Origin: an uncultured Candidatus Saccharibacteria bacterium
GTDB taxonomy: Bacteria > Patescibacteriota > Minisyncoccia > Phycocordibacterales > UBA9973
Assembly (NCBI GenBank): GCA_964500715.1
Contig: CAZCNC010000001.1
Location: forward strand, 1 to 43,569
DNA length: 43,569 nt
Direction of reading: 5' to 3'
Made by a program: the position numbers and the translations under genes
Notes under the pieces: generated by a model
Told to the model about the DNA's origin: nothing
Databases searched by the model: none
The model's input: the letters and a program-made list of their open reading frames with translations, nothing else
Part shown: positions 1 through 7,898 of the stretch, in pieces
How the letters are laid out: each line of letters begins with the position of its first letter
Position numbering within the stretch: position 1 is the first letter of the stretch

Positions 1-1
1 G

Positions 2-1972
2 GACCGTGAAGGAGAAGCAATTGCTTGGCATTTGGAAACACTGCTAAAAGAAGACAAAAAAATAAAAGGCAAAAGTATAAAGCGAGCAACATTTCATGAA
101 ATTACAGAATCTGCTGTTAATGAAGCATTGCTGCACCCACGTACAATAGACACAAACTTGCGTGAGGCTCAAGAAGCCCGCCGAGTATTAGACAGACTTG
201 TGGGGTATGACCTCTCTGGAATAATTTGGAAAAAGGTTCGCTATGGTTTGTCCGCCGGACGCGTGCAGTCACCTGCTTTGCGCATAATAATGGAAAGAGA
301 GCGTGAAATAAGAAATTTCATTCCAGAAAAATATTATGTTTTAGAAGCTGATCTGCAAACAAAATCTAAAGATGTTCTAACTGCGACTTGCAGCGTAGAA
401 CCAAAGACCACTAATGAAGCTGAAAAAATTCATAAAGCTGCACAAGAGGAAACTTGGAAAGTAGTAGATATAACAGAAAAAAACGAAAAGCGCAGTCCAC
501 GTGCGCCGTTTACTACTTCTACTTTGCAGCAAACTGCCAGTTCTCGTCTTGGTCTTTCACCTTCTCGAACAATGCAACTTGCTCAAAAATTATATGAAGC
601 TGGACACATTACATACATGCGTACAGATTCTACAACTTTAGGCAAAGAAGCCATTGGAGCAATACTTGGAACCATTACAAAAGAATATGGTAAAGGATTA
701 ATTCAACCAAGAGTATTCAAAACAAAATCTAAAAATGCTCAAGAAGCCCACGAAGCTATTCGCCCAACACACCCAGAAAAAACAATGGCGGGCAGTAACG
801 ACCAAGAAAAAAAATTATACGAACTTATTCGTTCTCGCACATTAGCTAGCCAAATGGCTGATGCTCAAATGGCACGTAACAGAATTGATGTCCTACCAAA
901 AGGAGCGAATGACATACCAGTTTACAAAATAAATGGTTCACGTGTTTTATTCCCTGGTTGGCTATTAGCTGACCCAGCAGCACGCGGCGAAGAAGTAGTC
1001 TTGCCAAAGCTTGCCGTGGGAGATGAATTAAAATTACTTGATGCTCGAAATATAGAAAAAGAAACTTTGCCTCCGGGACGCTATACAGAAGCTGGGCTAA
1101 TTAAAGAATTAGAAGAGCGTGGCATTGGCCGACCTTCAACTTATGCGTCTATAATGAAGACCATAGAAGAACGTGGCTATGTAGACAAAGTTGGTAAGAC
1201 ACTAATTCCAACAGACACTGGTGATGTTGTGTCTAGCTTTTTAGAAGAACATTTTGGTCAATACATTAGCGATACTTTTACAGCCGAAATGGAAGACAAG
1301 CTTGATGAAATTGCAAATGGCTCAAGAAAATATGTGGCAACTTTGAAAGAATTCTACACCCCATTTCTTAAAGATGTAAAAAGTAAAGACAAGTTAGACA
1401 AAGCTACAACAATGGAAGCTGCACCGGCAGATATTCTTTGCCCACTTTGTGGCAAAAGTATGGTTGTTAAGCTTGCTAGAAATGGTAAATTTTATTCTTG
1501 TAGTAATTACCCAGATTGTATGGGTGCTCGCAAAATCGATGGTTCTATAATGGAAGGGCCAAAAGAAATAGGGCGCATGTGTCCAAAATGCGGAGAAGTC
1601 AAAGGTAAAAATGGTGGAGGTAAACTAATGGAACGTGACGGCCGATTCGGAAAATTCATTGCATGTTCGAGATACCCAAAATGTAAATACATAGAACAAG
1701 ACGAGGAAGAGCTAAAAAAGAAAATGACAGACGTTGCCTGCCCAACTTGTAAGAATGGATTCATGACAGAAAGACGCGGCAGATTTGGAATATTTTATTC
1801 TTGTAGTAATTACCCAGATTGTAAAAATGCAATTAAATCCAAACCAACTGGCAACATTTGTAAAATGTGCGGTAGTCTAATGATGGAAGGCACAAAAACT
1901 ATTCCTGAGAGATGTAGTTTAAAGACTTGTCCAAATCACAGGCCAGATAAGCTAGAAAAGCCCAAAAAATAG
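2..1972 (+). CDS. topA: DNA topoisomerase I, 5'-truncated by the window edge
   Basis: The reading frame is open from nt 2 (DREGEAIAWHL precedes the tracked TTG at 32). The active-site motif GHITYMRTDS is present. The C-terminus carries Cys4 zinc ribbons (CPLCG..CSNYPDC, CPKCG..CSRYPKC, CPTCK..CSNYPDC, CKMCG...). Stop codon is TAG. Confidence 0.95.
   Translation, partial: DREGEAIAWHLETLLKEDKKIKGKSIKRATFHEITESAVNEALLHPRTIDTNLREAQEARRVLDRLVGYDLSGIIWKKVRYGLSAGRVQSPALRIIMEREREIRNFIPEKYYVLEADLQTKSKDVLTATCSVEPKTTNEAEKIHKAAQEETWKVVDITEKNEKRSPRAPFTTSTLQQTASSRLGLSPSRTMQLAQKLYEAGHITYMRTDSTTLGKEAIGAILGTITKEYGKGLIQPRVFKTKSKNAQEAHEAIRPTHPEKTMAGSNDQEKKLYELIRSRTLASQMADAQMARNRIDVLPKGANDIPVYKINGSRVLFPGWLLADPAARGEEVVLPKLAVGDELKLLDARNIEKETLPPGRYTEAGLIKELEERGIGRPSTYASIMKTIEERGYVDKVGKTLIPTDTGDVVSSFLEEHFGQYISDTFTAEMEDKLDEIANGSRKYVATLKEFYTPFLKDVKSKDKLDKATTMEAAPADILCPLCGKSMVVKLARNGKFYSCSNYPDCMGARKIDGSIMEGPKEIGRMCPKCGEVKGKNGGGKLMERDGRFGKFIACSRYPKCKYIEQDEEELKKKMTDVACPTCKNGFMTERRGRFGIFYSCSNYPDCKNAIKSKPTGNICKMCGSLMMEGTKTIPERCSLKTCPNHRPDKLEKPKK
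1489..1520 (+). repeat. 32-nt perfect direct repeat, copy 1 (copy 2 at 1792-1823), inside the topA zinc-ribbon region
   Basis: attttattcttgtagtaattacccagattgta occurs identically at 1489 and 1792. The offset is 303 nt and in frame. Both copies encode FYSCSNYPDC. Confidence 0.9.
1792..1823 (+). repeat. 32-nt perfect direct repeat, copy 2
   Basis: Identical to 1489-1520. Confidence 0.9.
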
Positions 1973-1982
1973 GTCAAAAAAA

Positions 1983-1994
1983 TTGTGCTATAAT
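1983..1994 (+). promoter_or_regulatory. Extended -10 promoter TTGTGCTATAAT, 6 nt upstream of the rel ATG (leaderless-type)
   Basis: The TGnTATAAT hexamer lies at 1989-1994, followed by agccct and the ATG at 2001. Confidence 0.6.
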
Positions 1995-2000
1995 AGCCCT

Positions 2001-3452
2001 ATGGCAAACATAGAGGCTATTTTTAATATAAAAAAATTCTCTAAAAAAGAGCGCGATTTAATCGAGCATGCTTATAATTTTGCAAAGGCTGCCCACCACG
2101 GCCAACTAAGAAAAAGCGGTGAACCCTACTTTAACCATGTATTTGCAACAGCAAAGAATTTGGCAGATTTAAACATGGACGGGGCGGTTGTGTCTGCTGG
2201 TTTTTTGCACGATGTGCTAGAAGACACAGACGTAAAAGAATCTGTTATGCGTAAAGAATTTGGTAACGACATTACAAATCTCGTACTGGGTGTTACCAAA
2301 CTTGGAACAGTTAAATACAAAGGAGTAGAACGTAACGTTGAAAATTTAAGAAAATTCTTTGTATCTATTGCAGAAGACATGCGGGTAGTTGTAATTAAAC
2401 TTGCTGACAGACTACACAACATAGAAACATTGTCCCATGTGCGGCCAGACAAACAAAAACGTATTGCTTTGGAAACTTTGGAAGTCTATGCCCCACTTGC
2501 TGACAGACTGTCTATGGGACGATTAAAAGGACGGTTAGAAGATGCGGCTTTTCCTTATGCATACCCTAAAGAATACGAGGAAGTAAAATTACTGCGCGCA
2601 TCACGAAAAGACGCAGCCCTGCCAGAACTTTTAAAAGTTGAACATCAAATAAAAAAAATACTAAAAGAATATTCTCTGTCTCCTGTTGAGATAGACCATC
2701 GTGAAAAACACTTATATTCTCTTTGGAAGAAACTTCAAAAATACAAGATGGACATTACACATGTTTACGACATTGTGGCTATGCGTATTATTGTAAAAAA
2801 TATAGAGGAATGTTATTTAGTACTGGGACTAATTCATGGTTCATTTAAGCCACTGCCGGGCCGTATAAAAGACTACATTGCCTTGCCAAAACCAAACGGT
2901 TATAGATCATTGCATACAACCATTATCACCGACACTGGAGCAATTATAGAAATCCAAATTCGTACAAAAGAAATGCACGATGAAGCTGAATACGGTTTAG
3001 CTGCACATTTTTCTTATAAAGAAAATGCAAATTTAGATGACGAAAGATTTGCTTGGGTAAAAGAATTACGTGACACTCAAAGCAGCGAAGAAAACATTGA
3101 TACCTTTTTGCAAAATTTAAAAACTGATTTTTTCCATGACCGAGTTTTTGCTTTTACTCCAAAGGGTGACATTATTAATTTGCCAGAAGATGGGTCGGTA
3201 TTAGATTTTGCATACAACGTGCATAGTGAAATTGGTATGCATGCCCAAGCTGGTGAAGTAAACGGTAAATACGTACCGCTGCACCACAAACTAATAAATG
3301 GAGATGTTGTAAAAGTTATCACATCCAAAAAAGTAAACCCTTCGGCTAAATGGCTGGAATTTACAAAAAGTAGTATCGCACGTAAACATATTGAAAAATA
3401 CTTGAAACAAAATTCTCTGCTATCTCGCCTGCTTTCATTTAAACAAAAATAA
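2001..3452 (+). CDS. rel: Bifunctional (p)ppGpp synthetase/hydrolase, RelA/SpoT homolog (HD + synthetase + TGS domains, short form)
   Basis: HD motif FLHDVLEDT, RelA_SpoT core (YRSLHTTI, EIQIRT..MH) and a C-terminal TGS-like segment. The start is placed at ATG 2001, because the tracked TTG at 1983 reads through the promoter. Confidence 0.9.
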   Translation: MANIEAIFNIKKFSKKERDLIEHAYNFAKAAHHGQLRKSGEPYFNHVFATAKNLADLNMDGAVVSAGFLHDVLEDTDVKESVMRKEFGNDITNLVLGVTKLGTVKYKGVERNVENLRKFFVSIAEDMRVVVIKLADRLHNIETLSHVRPDKQKRIALETLEVYAPLADRLSMGRLKGRLEDAAFPYAYPKEYEEVKLLRASRKDAALPELLKVEHQIKKILKEYSLSPVEIDHREKHLYSLWKKLQKYKMDITHVYDIVAMRIIVKNIEECYLVLGLIHGSFKPLPGRIKDYIALPKPNGYRSLHTTIITDTGAIIEIQIRTKEMHDEAEYGLAAHFSYKENANLDDERFAWVKELRDTQSSEENIDTFLQNLKTDFFHDRVFAFTPKGDIINLPEDGSVLDFAYNVHSEIGMHAQAGEVNGKYVPLHHKLINGDVVKVITSKKVNPSAKWLEFTKSSIARKHIEKYLKQNSLLSRLLSFKQK

Positions 3453-3455
3453 AAA

Positions 3456-3480
3456 CTGCACTCTTTCAAGTGCAGTTGTT
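3456..3480. terminator. Intrinsic terminator hairpin shared by convergent rel and ORF 3500-3964
   Basis: Stem ctgcact/agtgcag with loop ctttca, A-run on the left and T-rich on the right. Confidence 0.7.
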
Positions 3481-3499
3481 TCATATGGTAAACCCTTTT

Positions 3500-3964
3500 T
3501 TAAGGATACGCAGCATTAAGGCAAGCCTTGTTTAAGCCGGTAACCCTTCTGTGATCCTTTGCTTCTGTTGGGCTAAGGTACACGATCTTTTTCACGTTGT
3601 TGGAAATTCGGACATTGTCTCCGGACAATTCTTTACCAGTAAAGATATCAATCTGGTAAATTTTGTCACATCCTTCCTCTTCATACTCAATCGTTTTCAC
3701 GTAGTGCAGATCTGGCAGTTTGCGCGCTTTCGCACTTATTGCCAGCCTGGCACATTCCAACCGGTCCTGACCTGGCTTCTTCTTTTGTAAAATAAGTTGC
3801 AAGGTTCGGTGCGCGGTGCCTCTGGGGTCCTTCATTTCTTTCCAACGAAAAGGAATTCTTCCCTGGTCATTGGTCTGAGCAATAGCGATCATTTTCACAA
3901 CTTCTTTTTCTGCTTGTGCAGTAGTAGTAACAGCAGCTTTGGATTTTGAACTTCCTGTAGTCAT
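3500..3964 (-). CDS. Hypothetical protein (154 aa), no recognisable family, locally GC-richer than its neighbours
   Basis: Long ORF bounded by terminators on both sides. A TTGACA-N17-TATTTT promoter-like element lies about 45 nt upstream. I recognised no motif. Confidence 0.55.
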   Translation of the reverse strand: MTTGSSKSKAAVTTTAQAEKEVVKMIAIAQTNDQGRIPFRWKEMKDPRGTAHRTLQLILQKKKPGQDRLECARLAISAKARKLPDLHYVKTIEYEEEGCDKIYQIDIFTGKELSGDNVRISNNVKKIVYLSPTEAKDHRRVTGLNKACLNAAYP

Positions 3965-4035
3965 AATGGATTATTTGTTGTTTAGGGTTTAACGTTGAAT
4001 TTAAAAATACTCCTTTTTAAAAAATTTGTCAAATT

Positions 4036-4063
4036 AAAACCCCTTTGTTTTAAAGGGGTTTTA
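4036..4063 (-). terminator. Intrinsic terminator downstream of parB
   Basis: Hairpin aaaacccctt ... aaggggtttt immediately after the parB stop. Confidence 0.75.
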
Positions 4064-4064
4064 A

Positions 4065-5153
4065 TTAGATACTGAAGCTAGAAATATTGTACAAATCCGA
4101 GTTATCTTCTTCGTCTTTTTTATTCTCAACGATTATTTCTTCTTGTGGCAATATTGGGTTTTCAATTTCTTGACTTGAATCCAGTGGGATAGTCTCTACT
4201 ATAATTTCTCCATTTGGCATTTCGTTTATAACAACTTCTTCTTCCTGCGAGGTAGCTAAATTATCAGGTGGCAGAGCTACCTGTTTTTCTCTTTCGAACC
4301 GCTCTAACATTGTTTCTTCACGGGCTAATTCTTTAGATTTTAGAAGTGCCAAAATTTCTTCCAAGTCCGCATCTGAGAAAAAGTCTATTGTTATTTTGCC
4401 TCCGTCGGCTTTTCTTTGAATATGAACCCGGGTACCAAGATGGTCCCCTAGATCATCTTCTATACTCATAACGTTTGCGTCTGGTAATAATTCATGTTTA
4501 CGAACTCGGTCTACTGCAATACGACGCGCAATTCTTTCGGCTTCACGTACAGAAAGTTTTTTATAAACTATTTCTTTAAACAAAGTATTCTGCTCTTCGG
4601 GACGAGATGACAGCATCATTAGGGGGCGTGTGTGACCTTCCATAATTTGTCCAGCTTGCAATGCGTCCAAAATCTCTTGACCCATTTGAAGAATACGAAG
4701 TGAGTTTGAAACATATTCACGACTCTTACCCATTTTCCGTCCAACTTCAGCATGAGTAAATTTAAATTCATCAATAAGCCGCATAAATGCACGAGCCCGG
4801 TCTACAGCATTTAAGTCTTCACGTTGCAGGTTCTCTATTATTGCAAGCTCCAACTTCATTTTATTATCATCACCGTCGCGAATGATAACAGGTACTTGTT
4901 TTAACCCAGCAAGTTTTGATGCACGTAAACGTCTTTCTCCGGCAATAAGTTCGTATCTGGTTTCCATACCCAAACCATCGGCACGCTCAATTTCTGAACG
5001 TGATACAGTCAATGGCTGCAAAACCCCATACTGACGAATAGAGTCTGACAAATCTCTTAGTGGCGCGTCCTCAAATTCCTGACGCGGTTGGTAAGGATTT
5101 GGGTCGATTTTATCTACATCTATAAAAAAAATTGAATTGGCGTAAAGTGACAT
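4065..5153 (-). CDS. parB: ParB/Spo0J-family partition protein with a long acidic C-terminal tail
   Basis: ParB-box motifs (GVLQPLTV, AGERRLRASKLAG), an HTH region and a C-terminal dimerisation-like block, followed by an E/I/N-rich tail of about 70 aa. Confidence 0.9.
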   Translation of the reverse strand: MSLYANSIFFIDVDKIDPNPYQPRQEFEDAPLRDLSDSIRQYGVLQPLTVSRSEIERADGLGMETRYELIAGERRLRASKLAGLKQVPVIIRDGDDNKMKLELAIIENLQREDLNAVDRARAFMRLIDEFKFTHAEVGRKMGKSREYVSNSLRILQMGQEILDALQAGQIMEGHTRPLMMLSSRPEEQNTLFKEIVYKKLSVREAERIARRIAVDRVRKHELLPDANVMSIEDDLGDHLGTRVHIQRKADGGKITIDFFSDADLEEILALLKSKELAREETMLERFEREKQVALPPDNLATSQEEEVVINEMPNGEIIVETIPLDSSQEIENPILPQEEIIVENKKDEEDNSDLYNISSFSI

Positions 5154-5159
5154 AAAGAA

Positions 5160-5168
5160 ATTATATCA
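5160..5168 (-). promoter_or_regulatory. Extended -10 TGATATAAT, 6 nt upstream of the parB ATG
   Basis: The minus strand reads tgatataat-ttcttt-ATG. Confidence 0.55.
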
Positions 5169-5228
5169 TAGCAAGCATATATTTTAGATGTTGATAATAA
5201 GTTAATTTCAGTGTAAAGTACAAATATT

Positions 5229-5309
5229 GCCGAAGTGGCGGAATGGTAGACGCGCTCGACTCAAAATCGAGTTCCGCAAGGAGTGTGGGTTCGAGTCCCA
5301 CCTTCGGCA
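5229..5309 (+). tRNA. tRNA-Leu (anticodon CAA), type II with long variable arm
   Basis: Acceptor gccgaag/cttcggc, anticodon loop ctCAAaa, T-arm gtggg-ttcgagt-cccac. Discriminator A is followed by CAA, not CCA. Confidence 0.9.
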
Positions 5310-5322
5310 CAAATTAGTAAAA

Positions 5323-6333
5323 CTATACAAACTCGGGTTCGGTTTTTAACTCTATTCCGAACTTTTCTTTTACCGTATTTATTATTTGATTTTTGGCATT
5401 TACCACATCTTGGTATTGGGCATCACCATTGTTTATTATTACTAGTGCATTTTTTTCATATGTACCCACTGGTCCAAAGTTTACTCCTTTTAAACCAGAC
5501 TTTTCCAACAGCCAGCCAGCCGGAATTTTAACCCTGCCACCATCTAAAATGTAGGCTTTTATATCTGGATAATTTGATTTTAGAACTTCATAAAAATCTG
5601 CATCTACTATTGGGTTTTCAAAAAATGACCCACAATTACCGATCTCTTCTGGATGCGGCAATTTACTCCATCTTATTTCTATAATTGCATCTCGAATTTG
5701 ATTTAGGCTTGGATTTTGTATTTCATGTTCCTCGAAATAACTTTTTACGCCCGGGTAATCTGGCATAATAGGATCCTTTTTAGAGAGTTTTAGAACAATG
5801 TTTGTAATTATGTATTTACCTTTTTGGCTACTTTTAAAAATACTTTGTCTGTATGTAAAATTACAGTCTTCTTTTTGCAAAGTTACTAATTCTTTTTTTT
5901 GTATATCATATGCAGAAAGAGAGACAAATACATCCTTTATTTCTGCTCCATATGCCCCAACATTTTGTACGGGCGTTGCTCCAGCAGAACCTGGAATGGC
6001 TGACAATGCTTCTATACCAGAAAAACCGTTACTAACAGCCCACTCGACAACAGAGTCCCAATTTTCCCCAGCGCCAACTTTTATATAAATATCGTCCCCT
6101 TCTTCGCGAATAATTTCCTTGCCCATAATTTCAATCTTCAGGATATCTTTATTTGAAAGATCGGGAGATGCAATAATATTAGACCCTCCTCCAAGTACGA
6201 AAAATTCTTTATTGTTTTTTTGGAAATATTCGTACAAATCTAATTCGTTTTTTATACGAAAGACACTGACCGGACAGGCCAATTTGAAGGTTGTGATATT
6301 AGACAGGTTTAATAACACGCTGTGTAAATCCAT
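5323..6333 (-). CDS. murB: UDP-N-acetylenolpyruvoylglucosamine reductase
   Basis: FAD-binding N-terminal domain (VLGGGSNI), a MurB C-terminal domain and typical length (336 aa). Confidence 0.9.
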   Translation of the reverse strand: MDLHSVLLNLSNITTFKLACPVSVFRIKNELDLYEYFQKNNKEFFVLGGGSNIIASPDLSNKDILKIEIMGKEIIREEGDDIYIKVGAGENWDSVVEWAVSNGFSGIEALSAIPGSAGATPVQNVGAYGAEIKDVFVSLSAYDIQKKELVTLQKEDCNFTYRQSIFKSSQKGKYIITNIVLKLSKKDPIMPDYPGVKSYFEEHEIQNPSLNQIRDAIIEIRWSKLPHPEEIGNCGSFFENPIVDADFYEVLKSNYPDIKAYILDGGRVKIPAGWLLEKSGLKGVNFGPVGTYEKNALVIINNGDAQYQDVVNAKNQIINTVKEKFGIELKTEPEFV

Positions 6334-6340
6334 ATATTAT

Positions 6341-6364
6341 TAATATATCATATATGATATATTA
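6341..6364. promoter_or_regulatory. 24-bp perfect palindrome taatatatcatatatgatatatta holding two divergent TGATATATT extended -10 boxes; candidate operator
   Basis: I verified the reverse complement by hand. It occupies 24 of the 36 intergenic nt between the murB ATG (6333) and the HTH-murA ATG (6370). Confidence 0.7.
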
Positions 6365-6369
6365 TTTCT

Positions 6370-7896
6370 ATGGCAAAAAAGAAACCCCTACAAGGCTATA
6401 TAGGCTATTTAATAAAGACTATCCGCGAACGTGAAGGTTTGACTCAGTCAACATTCGCAAAGATGCTGGATACTTCCCAATCGGCAGTTGCCCGAATGGA
6501 AAAAGGTGACCAAAACTTTACAACCAAAGAGCTTGAGCGCATTGGCGAAACACTGGGCGAACGTCTTATTACACTTGCCCCACGAGTAGATGATTTTGAA
6601 GTTATTGGTGGCAAAAAATTGTCTGGGACTGTTGTAACCCATTATTCTAAAAATGGAGCTTTGGCTTTGATGGCAGCAAGTTTGTTAAACCAAAAATCCA
6701 CGACGCTTCATGGAATACCTCGAATTGAAGAGGTTTTTAGATTTATCGAAGTTTTAGAAAGTATAGACATTAAAGTAACCTGGATAGAAGACCATGCATT
6801 GCGTATTACACCACCAGAACATTTTGATATTGGAAATATTAATGAACGTGTAGCTGCGGGTATCCGAGTAAACTTATACCTTATCCCCCCGTTAGCACAT
6901 AGAATGAAAGAGTTTCGTCTACCTAACCCTGGCGGCTGCAAAATGGGAGAACGCACAATTTCTGCCCACCGTTATGCATTGGAAAAATTTGGTATAAAAA
7001 TTAAATCTGAAACAAAACATTATTTGGTAAAAAGTGGTAATTTAAAACATGCAGATATTACACTATATGAAGCGTCAGATATGGCAGCAATTAATGCTCT
7101 TATGGCTGCGGCACTTGTGCCAGGTAAAACTATAATCCGTTTTGCTCCACCAAATTACCAAGTCCAAGATGTATGTTTTTTCTTAAAGCATCTTGGTGTC
7201 AGAATTGAAGGAATTGGCACAACTACATTAACCGTTTATGGAGCGCCTTATATTAATGAAGAAGTAGAATGGTGGAATTCTGAAGACCCAATTGAAAGTA
7301 TGTTTTTCTTAGCAGCTGGAATTGTAACTGGTAGCTCTATTACAATAAAGCGTTGCCCAATAGAATTCTTACGTTTGGAAATGTTAAAGCTTGAAAAAAT
7401 GGGTTTGCATTACAGTATGTCAAAAATTTACAAAGGTAATAATGGCCATGTAGATTTAGTTGATATAACAATTAAAGAAAGCAAGCTTAAGGCTTTGCCG
7501 GACAAAATTCATGCATTGCCGTTTCCAGGAATTAATAATGACAACCTACCGTTTTTTGTACCAATTGCCGCCATTGCCCAAGGTACAACTTTAATCCACG
7601 ACTGGACATGGGAAAACCGCGCAATTTATTTTACCGAACTTAATCGTCTTGGGGCTAAAGTTTTACTGGCTGACCCTCATCGTGTTTATGTGGAAGGCCG
7701 TACAGAATTAATTGGGGCTCAAATAGTTTGTCCTCCGGCACTGCGCCCAGCTACAATTATTCTTATTGCCATGCTGGCAGCCGAAGGTAAATCAATATTG
7801 CGTAACGTTTATGCAATTAATCGTGGGTACGAAGGTTTAATTGAAAGACTGCATGATTTAGGTGCAGACGTAAAACAAATAAAAAGTTTAAGTTAG
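6370..7896 (+). CDS. murA: XRE-type helix-turn-helix domain fused in frame to UDP-N-acetylglucosamine 1-carboxyvinyltransferase
   Basis: Residues 10-65 (LIKTIREREGLTQSTFAKMLDTSQSAVARMEKGDQNFTTKELERIGETLG) fit the HTH_3/XRE pattern. From about residue 75 the protein is MurA-like, including the catalytic Cys context PNPGGCKMGERT. No stop and no good alternative start lies between the two parts. Confidence 0.85.
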   Translation: MAKKKPLQGYIGYLIKTIREREGLTQSTFAKMLDTSQSAVARMEKGDQNFTTKELERIGETLGERLITLAPRVDDFEVIGGKKLSGTVVTHYSKNGALALMAASLLNQKSTTLHGIPRIEEVFRFIEVLESIDIKVTWIEDHALRITPPEHFDIGNINERVAAGIRVNLYLIPPLAHRMKEFRLPNPGGCKMGERTISAHRYALEKFGIKIKSETKHYLVKSGNLKHADITLYEASDMAAINALMAAALVPGKTIIRFAPPNYQVQDVCFFLKHLGVRIEGIGTTTLTVYGAPYINEEVEWWNSEDPIESMFFLAAGIVTGSSITIKRCPIEFLRLEMLKLEKMGLHYSMSKIYKGNNGHVDLVDITIKESKLKALPDKIHALPFPGINNDNLPFFVPIAAIAQGTTLIHDWTWENRAIYFTELNRLGAKVLLADPHRVYVEGRTELIGAQIVCPPALRPATIILIAMLAAEGKSILRNVYAINRGYEGLIERLHDLGADVKQIKSLS

Positions 7897-7898
7897 CT

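Noticed and set aside
1983-2000. N-terminal extensions MCYNSP / MCYNLA / MCYYKN in the ORF track for rel (1983), pth (32865) and VIT1 (36748).
   Set aside because: These are the promoters TTGTGCTATAAT / TTGTGTTATTAT read as codons from a TTG. The conserved N-termini of all three families begin at the next ATG, 6 codons downstream.
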